DNA of 64,000 nucleotides from Gordius albopunctatus (Eukaryota). The DNA lies in the NCBI GenBank assembly GCA_964276515.1, contig OZ193909.1:7874001-7938000 (forward strand), read 5' to 3'. Below, in pieces: positions 25,723 through 38,600 of this stretch. The position numbers and the translations under genes were made by a program. The stretch's first letter is position 1. Every line of letters begins with the position of its first letter. Below the pieces are notes generated by a model that made no database searches, was not told the DNA's origin, and saw only the letters and a list, made by a program, of their open reading frames with translations.

Positions 25723-26443
25723 TAGAGCCCTGCAAAATGAAATTTCTTCGCCCCGAGCCCGACTTCTCAAATTTTATTTTGCCCGAGCCCGACCCGATTT
25801 TTTTATTTTTGGCCCGAGCCCGACGCAAAATTGTTGAGAAATATATTTTTATTTCACCATCTTAATATAAAATGCATTAGATTGTTATTACAGGCATGGG
25901 CGTAGCCAGGTTTTGAATTAGGGGGGGGGGCAGAGTAAAAAAAATTTCCTTACCAAAAATTTTCGGCGAGCAAAAAAAAATTTTTTTTTTGAAATTAGGG
26001 GGGGTGGCTACGCCCATGATTACACGTATTTACAACTAGGATAAGTTTGAGATAAAAAAATTTTCACTCGTTATAATTTATTCGGTTAATCATTTAAAGC
26101 TAAAAATTTAACTTTATAATATATATTTTTAAAAGTTCAAAAAAAACCTTTTGAAATATTTACTTATCTTATTTCTAAAGCTGTAACAGCTACTATAAAT
26201 CTATTTAAATACTAGAATAAGATTTGCAATTCAGGTCAGTTATGTTATAATAGACAAGGGAAAAGGCTAAAGTTTGGAAGCTATATAATGTACGCTGTGC
26301 GAAAAAAAAATTATTTAATATCGAAATTTATTTAAATCCTATTTTATAAGAGATTAATTTGTTTTAGTTCAATTCGGGTCGGGCTCGGACCGATTATATT
26401 ATAAAATTTTGGCCTGGCTTCGGGCGGCCCGTGCAGGGCTCTA
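25723..26443 (+). mobile_element. hAT-type MITE containing a nested smaller MITE (25895-26018)
   Basis: TIR TAGAGCCCTGCA / TGCAGGGCTCTA, perfect TSD ATTGTACA; nested CATGGGCGTAGCCA..TGGCTACGCCCATG with TSD ATTACAGG/ATTACACG. Confidence 0.92.
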
Positions 26444-26457
26444 ATTGTACATGAGAA

Positions 26458-26586
26458 CATGGGCTTAGCCAGCATTGGAATTAGAGGGGGCCAATAATGA
26501 TTTAGGGAAGGGCAAAATAAACAATTTTTGAAATTTTAACAAAAATCTATAGAGGGTAGCCGCCCCCCCTTTTGGCTACGCCCATG
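26458..26586. mobile_element. Short MITE of the abundant CATGGGCGTAGCC family
   Basis: TIR CATGGGC(G/T)TAGCCA..TGGCTACGCCCATG. Further full or partial copies near 3110, 8530, 12380, 13260, 14150, 34901, 38158, 38435, 51447 and 54204. Confidence 0.85.
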
Positions 26587-26948
26587 CATTCCTATCATTA
26601 AAAACAACTTTCTAAGGGCTTGTCTTAATATGGGATTTTGATGCGCAGCAAAAATCGTCGTACGGGTTATAACATAGCCGTGTTTAACTTCGAATTCACA
26701 GCAGATTTACATTTCAGACGCATAACATAACAACGATTTTGTAAGATGCAAAATTTTTCGTAAGCTTAAATGTTGTATGCTTTTAGATTTTCAGGTGTCA
26801 GCAAAGTTTGGATTTAATCTCAAAAGTTGAAATAAACAAAAAAACATTTTTAACTATCAAAAAATAAAATAGACCTATGAAATTGAATAGGATATTTAGA
26901 CAAAGATAAATTCGCGCGATCTTAATCGGAATCCGATGTTGTTCGGAC

Positions 26949-27682
26949 TAGTGATGATCAAAACCTAGGTTTTGATCAGGCAACCTGAGGGTTAAGGTTC
27001 GGGTGTTCAAAAACCTTTTACCAGGTTTTTGAACACCCGAACCTTAACCTGAGGTTGATCCCGAAAATCAACCTGAAAAACCTTCAGGTCAATTTTATCC
27101 CCAACCTGAAACCCAGGTTGACCTCAGGTTAACCTGATAAAAATCTCTTGTTTTATGCGATAAATTTAAGAATAAATTTTTATTTTACTTTAACTATTTT
27201 CCTTTTTCAAGATGCGTCAAACTTTTTAAATATTTACAATTTTAAATGAATTTATCAAAATTTATAAACATATAGATGGCGTTATCGAGTAATATACATG
27301 TTTAACAATTAATTAAATTTTTATATAAAATCTTATTTTTTTTTATAATAATAACCAAAAACTATTTTTTCTTCATTTAAAATTGTAAATATTTAAAAAG
27401 TTTGACGCATCTTGAAAAAGGAAAATAGTTAAAGTAAAATAAAAATTTATTCTTAAATTTATCGCATAAAACAAGAGATTTTTATCAGGTTAACCTGAGG
27501 TCAACCTGGGTTTCAGGTTGGGGATAAAATTGACCTGAAGGTTTTTCAGGTTGATTTTCGGGATCAACCTCAGGTTAAGTTTCGGGTGTTCAAAAACCTG
27601 GTAAGGTTTTCGAACACCCGAACCTAAAACCGACCTGAGGTTGGACCTCGGGAAAACCTGACCTAGGTTTTGATCATCACTA
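26949..27682. mobile_element. Fold-back (long-TIR) MITE with 8-bp TSD
   Basis: Ends TAGTGATGATCAAAACCTAGG / CCTAGGTTTTGATCATCACTA; perfect TSD GTTCGGAC; ~300-bp inverted arms (26949-~27250 vs ~27372-27682) around a ~120-bp spacer. Confidence 0.93.
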
Positions 27683-30653
27683 GTTCGGACATATAATGTA
27701 CTATATAAATTATATGCTGAAAGTTTTTTGCATGAGCATATTTTTCTAATAATTTAAGGACAATGTCCATATAAACTCCTTTTGCTGGAAAATGACACTT
27801 GCTGAAATTCGTCCAGCAATTATTGAAGCTTATGGCATGCTCATTTAAATAAAACGACATGATGTGAGAATAATTTTAAAAGTGTTGACTTAGTTGAGAA
27901 AGAAGCACACTCAAGCAGAGTTGTGAAATTGGTCGCCGCTGAGCACCCCTCAGGCCCTCACTATCTTCTTTGCCCGAGCACGCACACTGAGCTGTTTAAT
28001 ATGCTCGTTAGCACAATGAGTTCTCGCTGTTCGCTCCACTAGGCAAAACATTAACATAAAAATGCTGGAGAGGCGAGCAGCAAAATTTGTTCAAGCATTG
28101 AGCAGATTGCCCGAGCACTAAACTCGAGCAGATTTAATTGCTATTTGCTACAATTTAGTAAAACTTTAAATATTTGCTCATATTATATATCATCATAAAT
28201 GAATTATGACAAAATAGCTGAGTCAATACAGATAGAAATTGAAACACCCACTCTTCCTACCATGAAGGGCTTAAACATTACAGCGATTTGTTCTAAATAT
28301 GCATACGATCAAAAAGGTTTTATTTCTTTTTCTTTCCTCAGTTCAAAAAACACCAAACTATTCCTAGGTCAAATGCAAGGGTGGCGAAAACTTATACAAA
28401 GTAAGGGAAGGACGAAGGAGTAAGTTGCTAAGAGGGAAAGAACGATTCCATTCAAAAGTTAAGATTGATCACTCTTTTTATATCCCACTAATGAATCCGA
28501 GGAAAATCTCGATCTTGTCTCGCCTAAGGCAGTACTTATATATGCCAATGTTAACTAAGGTTCCCAGCTAGTTCAAATATGTAAATGACATGTTTATAAA
28601 TGTTTATTTGTAAAATAATAATTCGTAATATTAATTTTTGTTATAAATTTTTTTGTACAATAATTCGAATTGGGGGAAAAATTTAGATAGTATTAATTTT
28701 TAAGTCAAAAATCTCATGGAGATTTTTCTAGATCGAGAGGCGATTCTCATAATGGCACTTGAGACGAGATCGAACGAAACACTATCTCCCACTAATGTGG
28801 GCGAAAGTGTAGAGGTGCAAAAGTAAGAAAAACCCTGTTACAAAGCATTTATACTATAAAAACTATATGTCCCAAAATAGCTGACTAGAAAATTTATTTT
28901 TTGTTTATATGGCTACATCATTTATTGTTTATAGGTTGGGTCCGGGCCTTTTTAGAAGGTTGGCCCGCCCGTACCCGTTTTAAAAACTTCAAGGCCCGTC
29001 CGTAATTTTTTTGGGCCCGTCCGAGCCCGTTCGTAAATTTTTCAGGCCCGTTCGTACCCGTTTATAAAAATGTCAGGCCCGCTTTTTAATTACGACCCTT
29101 TCGCTACAGCAGAAGGGCGTAAAACTACAAAGTATTCTGCCCTTTTGGCATCCAATATTTTTATCCCTGTCGTTGCCTCGTGCTCCGGTTCCTTTGGCAA
29201 ACAGGCAATGCGGTTTTTTAAAGAAATCTGAAAATGCACCCCAAAATCTAAAATTTCTGCGTCCTTCTTACTCAGGCAACAACTAAGGATTCTTGTTGCA
29301 CGATAAAACTTTAAATCCTTTGCCGACTCATGGCCCATTTTAGAAGATAATGATATAGATTTTTGTATTTAACCAATATGTCTTTATTTATTTTTGTATT
29401 TCGCTTATTTATGTAACTTTGTTTCGTGAAAATAAACTTTTTAACCACAAAAAAAATTTAAAGTAGAGGAGACCGCGTAATTATTTTTTAAAATAATAAT
29501 GATATATAATTAAAATTTAAACCATATGTGTATTTTTTCATAAGGTATTAGTATAAAAATTTTTGTTAATAAAAAATAAAATTTTAATTTTTATAGAGGG
29601 AAAACGATTTTTCGGGGCTATTAGTAGCCTTGATAAAATTTTGTATTTAAGTTCTGTCTTATAAAGAAATATTTTTTACATAAAAACCATCTAATGATTA
29701 AAATTTTATTTGCAATATAACATGGTAAATTATTAATTTTTTATAAAAAGATGGCTCGGGGCTAGTCGGAGAGGGGCTAGTCCTATACATTTTTCATTGT
29801 CTAGACAAATGTCAAGATTTAAAAAAATAACTTTGTTTAATAATAATTTATCTTAGTGTAATTTGGAATATTAATAGGGTATTTAAACATTTTTTCCATT
29901 GCAGAATTTGTATATCGGGGGGTACCTAAATCAGATTATCATCTTGACCCTTTTTTATTGTATTTTATAAAATATAACCATATTACATTTGCATTCTCTA
30001 TGTTTTTTTATAGTAAAACAATCTTTTTATTGATTTGAGTTAGCATACACCAATAGGAAGTGAAATAGTAAGGAATAATCAATCCCTCGAAAGGGGCTAT
30101 GACTTGCCCCGGGCATTTTTTAAATTTTCAGGATTTTTTTTTAAAATTTAATTTGTGAGAAAATCATTAATTTTTTCAATCCGAATTTTTTTCCTATAGT
30201 GAAAATAGACCTTAAAATTATGTTCCAACAAAAAAATTGAAAAAATAATTTTTAGTTTTTTTAAAACGCGATTCAATTTTTTATGGCTATTTTAGTTCCC
30301 GCCTCCACCCCCTGCCCCATCAAAAATTCCACAAAATTTTATTTTATTTGTTGACATATTCATACAAAAACATCAATAATTATCAGGTAAAAATAAGAAA
30401 TCATCAATTATTTTGGCATATAATACACCTAAAAAATTTCAATAAAATACTACCATTAAATAACTTTACATGAGAATATTCCACTTTCAACAAATTACTT
30501 TTATTTGATTAATTCGATTAATTTAAGTTAATAAACCTAAGAAGTTAAAATTCAGTATTACCATTAAATTAAAATACTTTAATAAAAATACATGAGAATA
30601 TTCAACTTTCAATAAGCAGCTTACATTAATTTGATTAATTTATATAACTAAAT

Positions 30654-33423
30654 TAGAGGTGTGCACGGATCAATCCGATCCGATCCGTATGAACTCGGAT
30701 CGGATCAACATTTTAATTTTGGAAGTCGGATAGGATCGGATCAACATTTTATTTTAGTCGGATCGGATTTTCAAATTTAAAATAAAAATAATAAGTTCTA
30801 ATTAATTAAATTAATAATTTTTAGTATACCTTTTCATAATTATCTTTGCATTCTTTTTTTACTATACCATTTTTGATGCCCAATACCACCTCTCACCTTA
30901 CTTACTCCAACATATTTACCAGTATTTCCCTAGCGTTTTTCCCTAGCTAGACTTTCTTGTTTGGCGAGAAAGGAGCTAGTGTCAATGATAAATCAGCATC
31001 TCCCGTTTCCTTTTTAGAATCTTTTTCTATCTCAACTCAACTCATCTCCGAAAATCATCAATCACTATCTCCCCTTTTCTTAAAGCACGCGCGTAGCTCC
31101 TTTCTATTGTTTATCATATTAAAAACCGTTATGGAAGAAATAATAAAAAAATTTAAAAGAAATATGCTTCAACAAGTTAAAAAACTCGGGCCTTCGGCCC
31201 TCGTGGTAAGGGGAAGGGGGCAATGGGAGTAGGGGAAGGGAAGGGGGAACTCTTCTATACTCTGTATAAAAGTAGCATATTTGCTATGCAATTTATTGGC
31301 GAGAAAGGTGGGAAGGGGCGAGAATCTCTATAGGGGGGTATTAAATGCAAAGGTTATTTTGCATTAATATAGTGAATTAATATCATTTCTCAAATCTATA
31401 ATGCAAAATATAATATTAATCAAATGTAACGTTTAAATGCATATATCGCTCGCACCCAGCAAATAAGCTTGGTTTGGCGCAAATATTACTTGTATATTTA
31501 TTAAACCCTAATCATGCTTTCAAGCATGTAATGGCTGCAACCCCCTCGACAGATAATTTAACAAATATAAATTATTATGACAAAAATGGGGGGCCGCAAA
31601 AAAATTATAAAATATTTGGGGGGGGCGCGTGTATAAAAAGGTTAAGAACCACTGATTTAAAACACTTCAGCAATAGGCGTTTTTTGATCACCAAATATTC
31701 AAGAATTTGGTTCCGTATTTTATAATGATTTTGGGATAAGCATTTTGAAATTTGAGCCTTTACTTAAAAACAATATGGCCTCATTTTTTTATTGGTCAGT
31801 ATCAAGAGACGGTCTATAAATACATACGAGTTTAAAAAAACGACAAAGAAATTTCGATCACAATTTGGCCAATGGTCATTTTTTTCATTGGTAAGTAGCC
31901 AGCGGAAGGTCAAAAAGTCATCGTATCAATGGTATTAAGAAGAACAATAAATATTAAAATTTAATTTACAAAAAGTCATATTATCAATGGTATTAACAAG
32001 AACAAAATATTAATTTAATTTAAAAAAATAGAGGCATAGGCCCTTGTAGGGGAGGGCATAGGGTAATTATCAATGTTAACCTATTCAAAAACGAAAAATA
32101 AAAAATTTGGATTTATTTGGCCAATGGTCATTTTTTCATTGGTCAGTAGCCTGCGGACGGTCAAAAAGTTATATTATCCATGGTATTAACAAGAACATAA
32201 TATTAATTTAATTTTAAAAAAAAATAAAAAATTTTTGTCCTCTCCGGGTCTCCATCGCCAACCTGCAAGTCAGTAAGCTGTTCGCTATAACCACTCATAC
32301 CATGCTGGTATTAAAATTGTAGAAATTTTTATGTTATTTATATAGATAATGAAATAATAAAGTTGTGTTTTATGTTTATTATATAATAAAATGAAACAAT
32401 AATAGAAAATCAATATATTACAGATAATTTAACAAAAATTGAGGGATTCAGTTTGTGCAGCATAATACTTCTCTAAATCTTAAACGAATTTTGGGTGAAC
32501 CGCACATTTTTGGTCTAAAAACATTTTGGTGACCCAAGCAATTGTAGTAGATGCTTCGTAATCTTTCAAATCCTTAAAATCTTGATGCATCTCTGAGGGG
32601 GGGGGGAATGTCGACGTTTCAGATCATTTAGCCAATGGTCATTTTTTTCCATTGGTCAGTACGCAGAGATGGTCTATAAATACATACGAGTCAAAAAAAA
32701 AACAAAAAAATTTCGATTCACATTTTGGCCAATGGTCATTTTTTTCCATTGGTCAGTACCAACAGATACTCTATAAGTCAATGATAGCCAAAAAAAACGG
32801 AAAAAAAAATTTTGATGCTCACTTTGGCCAATGGTCATTTTTTCTATTGGTCAGCAGCCAGCGGACGGCCAAAAAGTCATATTATCAATGGCATTAACAG
32901 GAACAATCATAAGAGTAAAAAAAAAGGAAAAAAAAATTCGATTCACAATTTGGCCAATGGTCATTTTTACCATCGGTCAGGAGCCAGCGGACGGCCAAAA
33001 AGTCATATTATCAATAGTATTAACAAGAACAAAATATTAATTTAATTTAAAAAAAAATAAAAATTTTTGTCCTCTCCGGGTTTTGAACCATCAATTTAGA
33101 ACGTTCGCCGGGATTCAAACCCACATTAAATAGAGGCATAAGCCTTTGGAGGGGAACAGGGAACCATATAAATAGAGCCATAGGCCCTGTAGGGGAGGGC
33201 ATAGGGTAATTATCAATGTTAAACTATTCAAAAACGAAAAATTAAAAATTTCGATTTATTCGGCCAGTGGTCATTTTTTCATTGGTCAGTAGCCTGCCAA
33301 ATTTAGATTTTAAAAAACTCGGATCGGATTTAGATTTTAAGATACTCGGATCGGATGGATATAAAATTTTTCAAAAACCCTCGGATCGGATCGGATAAAA
33401 AAATTGATCCGTGCACACCTCTA
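30654..33423 (+). mobile_element. hAT-type element carrying an inverted HINE copy
   Basis: TIR TAGAGGTGTGCACGGATCAAT / ATTGATCCGTGCACACCTCTA, perfect TSD AACTAAAT. Confidence 0.92.
31180..33297 (-). mobile_element. Second HINE copy (reverse orientation, 5'-truncated or rearranged)
   Basis: Reverse 3' end AAAAACTCGGGCCTTCGGCCCTCGTGG..TTGCTATGCAATTTAT at 31180-31296; central repeats 31790-33297 are near-identical to the reverse complement of parts of 23500-24900. Confidence 0.8.
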
Positions 33424-35667
33424 AACTAAATACACCTAAGTTTTAGATTATAACAAAAATATTTATTAAGTTATATTTACCTATTAATAATTATACCAAT
33501 AAAACTTATGATAAAAACACAAAACATTTGGTGCATTATATTTTTTTAGTCGTGAATGTAATTTTTTGTATACCATTTAATAAAGGATATAATTTAAATT
33601 GTAACTAAGTAATTGAACTTACTTATAAAAGAATATACGCAGCTATAATCTTAATTTATGTGGTGGCATTAAGCCAATTTTTTAATAATTTTATTACTTC
33701 ACCCTAAAATTACCCTTGGATTAATTTTATTACTTCACCCATAAAATTTGGATTTTATGATCTCGTTTGGCTGTTCAAGGCCACGCGTTTATTAATAGAT
33801 TGTAGAATCACGTTGATTGTTTATTTCGTTGTTAATTTCGCTATTTGTTAGTTTATTGTTATCTTCGCTATTTATCATTATTGTTACCACTTCGCTGTTT
33901 ATTATTATTTGTGCGTTATCGTTATTTACGCCTAATCTGATTACCTCATCCATCATTATTATTCTTACTTTAAAAAGAAGTGTTAGTGTAAATTTGGATA
34001 GATAATAAATTTTGAAGTTGAACAAATTTATGCGAAAGATGTAGTAGTACGAAAAATAAAACTAATATATTCGCGGTAGTTCTAGAAAATAAATAGATTT
34101 AGCTAGAAATTAAATAAATATTTTAAAGCGTATTTTTATAAATACGAAATTATGTAAACGAAAATCAAATAAAAATGTTTTAAAGTGAAATTTAGCGCTT
34201 GAAAAAGGAAAATTAGGGATTAAAAAAATAGAGCAATTAATAATCTTTATATTTAATATAAATCCTCTATTTATATAATTTGACTTTTAAGGACCTTTGT
34301 AATTCCATGGCCATTTATATAATCAATGGCCCGTTCAAGCGCGTTAAAAAAATCTCAGGCCCGTCCGGGCCCGTTGAAATTTTTATAATAAAAAGCCCGT
34401 CCGTACCCATCCGCGGGCCGGGCCTGCTCGTGCAGATCTCTAGTATAGAGGTCGCGAACTTAATTTGTAGAACTCTAATGCCCATGCATCCCTGTCCTTA
34501 TTTGATGCGAGCTTACCTTATGCCGCTTTATTAAAAATGTAGTACATAGGGTAAAATATATACATACATTTATAAAAATTATTATTAAAATTTTAATAAA
34601 CGTCCTGACTGGTGTAGCATGATAGAGGCCAGCCGCCTTAAAATTTAGTTTTTATATATAAAAATGAAAAAACAATTCGTTTGGGTAAGACATTCGCCCC
34701 CCCCCTCAAAAATAAACTTTAATAAAATCAGACTCAAATCGATTAAGTTTAAATTATTCTTTTGTATATAATATTTGAAATTTTAATAACTTTTAATGGT
34801 GAAAAATTATTTAATTTAGGTGGGACACACCTTTTGTGGTAGTTAATTTTAGTTTAATGGACGAATAAGGATTTATTGCTTAATTAAAAACAATATCTCA
34901 CATGGGCGTAGCCGGGGGGTGGCGGCCTAAACGACGAAAAATTTAATTTTTCAATGAAAAAACCCTTGAAAATTTTTAGCTTTCGCTCCCCCCCCCTTAA
35001 TTCAAAACCTGGCTACGCCCATGTCTCACTAATAACACGATCACCATTCTACTTTTTGATATAGAAAAGCGAGTGTAAGTAAGGTAAGCACACGAAGCTT
35101 ACAACATTTTTAATTTAAAAAACCAATTCCTATATTTGAAAGTAAACTTCCAAATTCAATGCTTTAGGTCAGAATTTGATTTATTCTATATATATATATA
35201 CATACGACAAACACAAAATATATTGGATGTAAATAGGGTAGTAAGAATCAGCATAATATTCCTCTAATAAAGCTTGGCCTAGAAAGTAAAATATGCTCTA
35301 ATATTAACTTTTCTTATCTCTCTGGTTACAAAAAAGGATGAAGGTTTTTGGTCATTCGGTGAGCAAAAAAGTCCGAAGAAATTTTACCGGCATCCTTCGA
35401 TATATACATGCATAACAATAAATACAATTAGCGTTGGATCTGGGTCTCGGTTTGGCCAGCACACCAAAAACAATCAGTCGCTTTACAGCAAAGAGGCAGC
35501 ATTAAATTCTTAGTCGATATATTATTTTAAAATTATCGAACGATTTTGGGGGGTTACAATAAATTAAAAATAAACGCGTATACACATCGATAAAGTGTAG
35601 GGAGTATAAAAATATAATCATAGTGGGAAAAAATAAAAAATATTAGGGGGTGGGGAGCAAAAGATTC

Positions 35668-38600
35668 TCAGGTTCTGGCACATTTTTCGGCTTCTAACAA
35701 GCATTCTCGCACCAGGATACGGGAATGGATGATGCCCCGTTTGAGACGTTCGGCCGCGACCTTACTTCCCGCGTAAGCTGGCCTTATATCCCGACCCATA
35801 TCTTCGATAACGGCCAACAATTGGGCATACTTGCTCTGTTGAGGCACGGCGGAGTGCAACAAATTTTGGTGCTGCTGCTGCTGATTATTACTATGCTGTG
35901 GTGTCCCAGTTGACGAGGGCGTGATGGAGGATTTGTTGGTCGCTTGATTTATGCTGTTGACCGTGGCCGGCGTTGACTTGCTTCCACCGCTCGCGACTTC
36001 ACTTTTAACCGTTATCGCCGGCGTGGTCGCGGTATGAGATTTGGCTTTAGCACTACCTTCTGGATGAGTTGAAGGTTTAAATGCAATAAATCATACTATT
36101 TAAACTTTATTAATGTGTTGACCAAAAGCTCATCAAATATGATAGTTATGTATAAAGATGATGTTTGGCTCGATAGACTAATGAATCCCTACTAATGAAT
36201 GTGTTTTGCAATAATGTTAAAATGTCTATTAACGGGACAACATAATGTATTATTAATGCAAAAACGTAAATACTCTTGGTATGGAGAATATGAGGTGCAA
36301 CGATTATGATGATGAGTGTGGATGCATTACACAATTTCTCAAATTTTAAAATCTCACCCAATCAAAATCGCAACAGCTCAATAATGATATTAAACAAAAT
36401 AAGCTAGCTTAGCCGGATATTGCCATTTTGAAACATACCATCATCGAGCTTAGGTATTTTGCTAGGGACCGTTTCGGTGTCCAAATCGAGTTCCCGCTTC
36501 AGATTCGGCATAGGTTCGGAATTAAGTTTTTTATCGTCGTTGTTAGATTCCATAAAGTTGACACGATCTAACACGTTTCAATTACATAATAAACGAGTAA
36601 AATTGTTAAAAATTCATTATTAATATCATGAAACAGTAGCGTATTCAAGGGGAAAGGGTTTGGGTTAGACACCCCCGCCCACCCCCTTCCTCAATGGTAA
36701 AAAATGAAAAAATAAGTGGAAAATAGGGTCCTACTAAATAAATTAAACCCAACCGGCTAATTAAATTAGAAATGGTTACAATTGGAGATCTGCAACGGCC
36801 CATTCTTCATAGAAGGTCGGCCCATCCGTACCCCTTTATTTTCTATAAAAATCTATGTGGTTATTTAAAAGTTTATCCCACGTATAAATAATAATTTACT
36901 TCTTACCTAAATAAAAGTCACTACTATCCCCGCAACAGGCAGAGTCGAACGGGGGACTGCTCTCTATCGGGAGGTGGTCTTCACGCCCGTCTTTGATGAC
37001 CACTATTTCGGGATTTTTAATGGGCAAGGGGTGATTGTGTTGAGTGTTGGCGCTAGTGATATAGAGCTTTTGGATGGACGTCTTAAAGCTCAGAGACAAG
37101 TAGGCTTTGCAATCGCAAGAAGCACCCCTAATAAAATTTCACATTTCAAACATCTTTATTACATTCTAAAAATAAATTCATTATTTTTCCAAAAATATAT
37201 AGTAATTAGAGTTTAAACCTTAAAAAAGGATGATTTTGATACTCCTTCATATCAGGAAATTTAGCCAAAAAATGACAAATTTCGACAATCATGCCCACCC
37301 TAATTAAAATCATCGACACGCATATTAGCAAAAATTTGACAGTAAATTCATTACTTACTAGAGATTGAAAAAGTGAAGGTAAAAATAACTGTTTATGAAA
37401 ATTTTGTATTATTTATTTGTATTCAAAATGTTTTCGTTTTCAAGGATTAATATCACAACCCATTTCTCCCTGTTAGTGTAACTTTGTACCAGAAAGACGA
37501 TTCAAAAAAGGGTAAAGTAAAGACTAATTTTGGATCTTTAAAATAGGGTTAATTCATAGACTTTATTCAAAATGATGAATCAAATCTTTATTTCATTTAC
37601 CGATTGTGACGACAAACCTAAGCTGACTTAGCCATGTGAATAAGCCAAAATGATAAATCGGTTGAAAAACCAGATATGAACCAAGAGTTGCAATAAAATA
37701 CAATATCTGGCTGGGTGCGTGCTATGCGACAGGCGTTGGATGATTAAACAGCAATGAAATAGGAAAAGTTATTGAAAATTATCATCACAGGATAAAGTTT
37801 AACACGTTGTAATCCCGCCTTAAATAATCTGGTTCTGGGTCATGATTCGTCGCAAACGTTTTTGTAAAATATAAATTTAAACTTTTCTCATCAAAAAAAG
37901 GGAGAAAAATTTAGGGTTTAAACATAAAACGACACAACGATCATTTAAAGAAGCTTTAGGTCAAAAAGGGTGGCTCTGGGCAGGTGGTCAAATAGTCGGA
38001 TTGCTTACATTAATTGAATTACTCCTCCTTAAGTTCATTATTTAGCAGCCACCTAGGAAAAAAGGGGTTTTAAATATTGGGGTAAATTTGTTGACTTATA
38101 TATTTTAAAGATAATGTTAATAATATAAAGGGGTAAAATATAATGAGTCTTATCATGCATGGACGTAGCCAGCATTGCGATTGGGGGGGGCAATAATGAT
38201 TTAGGAAGGGGCAAATTGATCATTTTTTGAAATGTTAGCCATAATTTTTCATAAATTTCAACAAATTTTTGGATTAAGAGGGGGGCAGCAGCCCCTCCCT
38301 GCTTTCCCCTCCTTGGCTACGTTCATGAGTCTTGATTTGAGTGTTTTAGTTAAACGCTGCACAAAACCCAATATTTATTCATCATAAAGGGGCAAAACTT
38401 TATTTTTCTAGGGGGTTTTCTTATGGGGCACAAGCATGGGCCTAGCCTCTAAATCCTAAAATTCTTTAAAAGCTTTATGGCTAAAATTCCAAAATATATT
38501 CTGTTTGGCCCACCTTAGATTATTATTGCCCTTTCTGATTTCAATCCTGGCTAAGCGCCCATGGGCATGAAATAGCACCAGCTGTAAAAGGAGTGATAAA

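Noticed and set aside
29090..29338. 82-aa ORF beside GGCCCGT subterminal repeats
   Set aside because: No recognisable motif in any frame; probably internal sequence of a larger degraded element (~28930-34442) whose left TIR and TSD I could not define.
33792..34025. Asn/Ile-rich ORF and its hydrophobic antisense ORF
   Set aside because: Low-complexity sequence within a probable transposon remnant; no supportable product.
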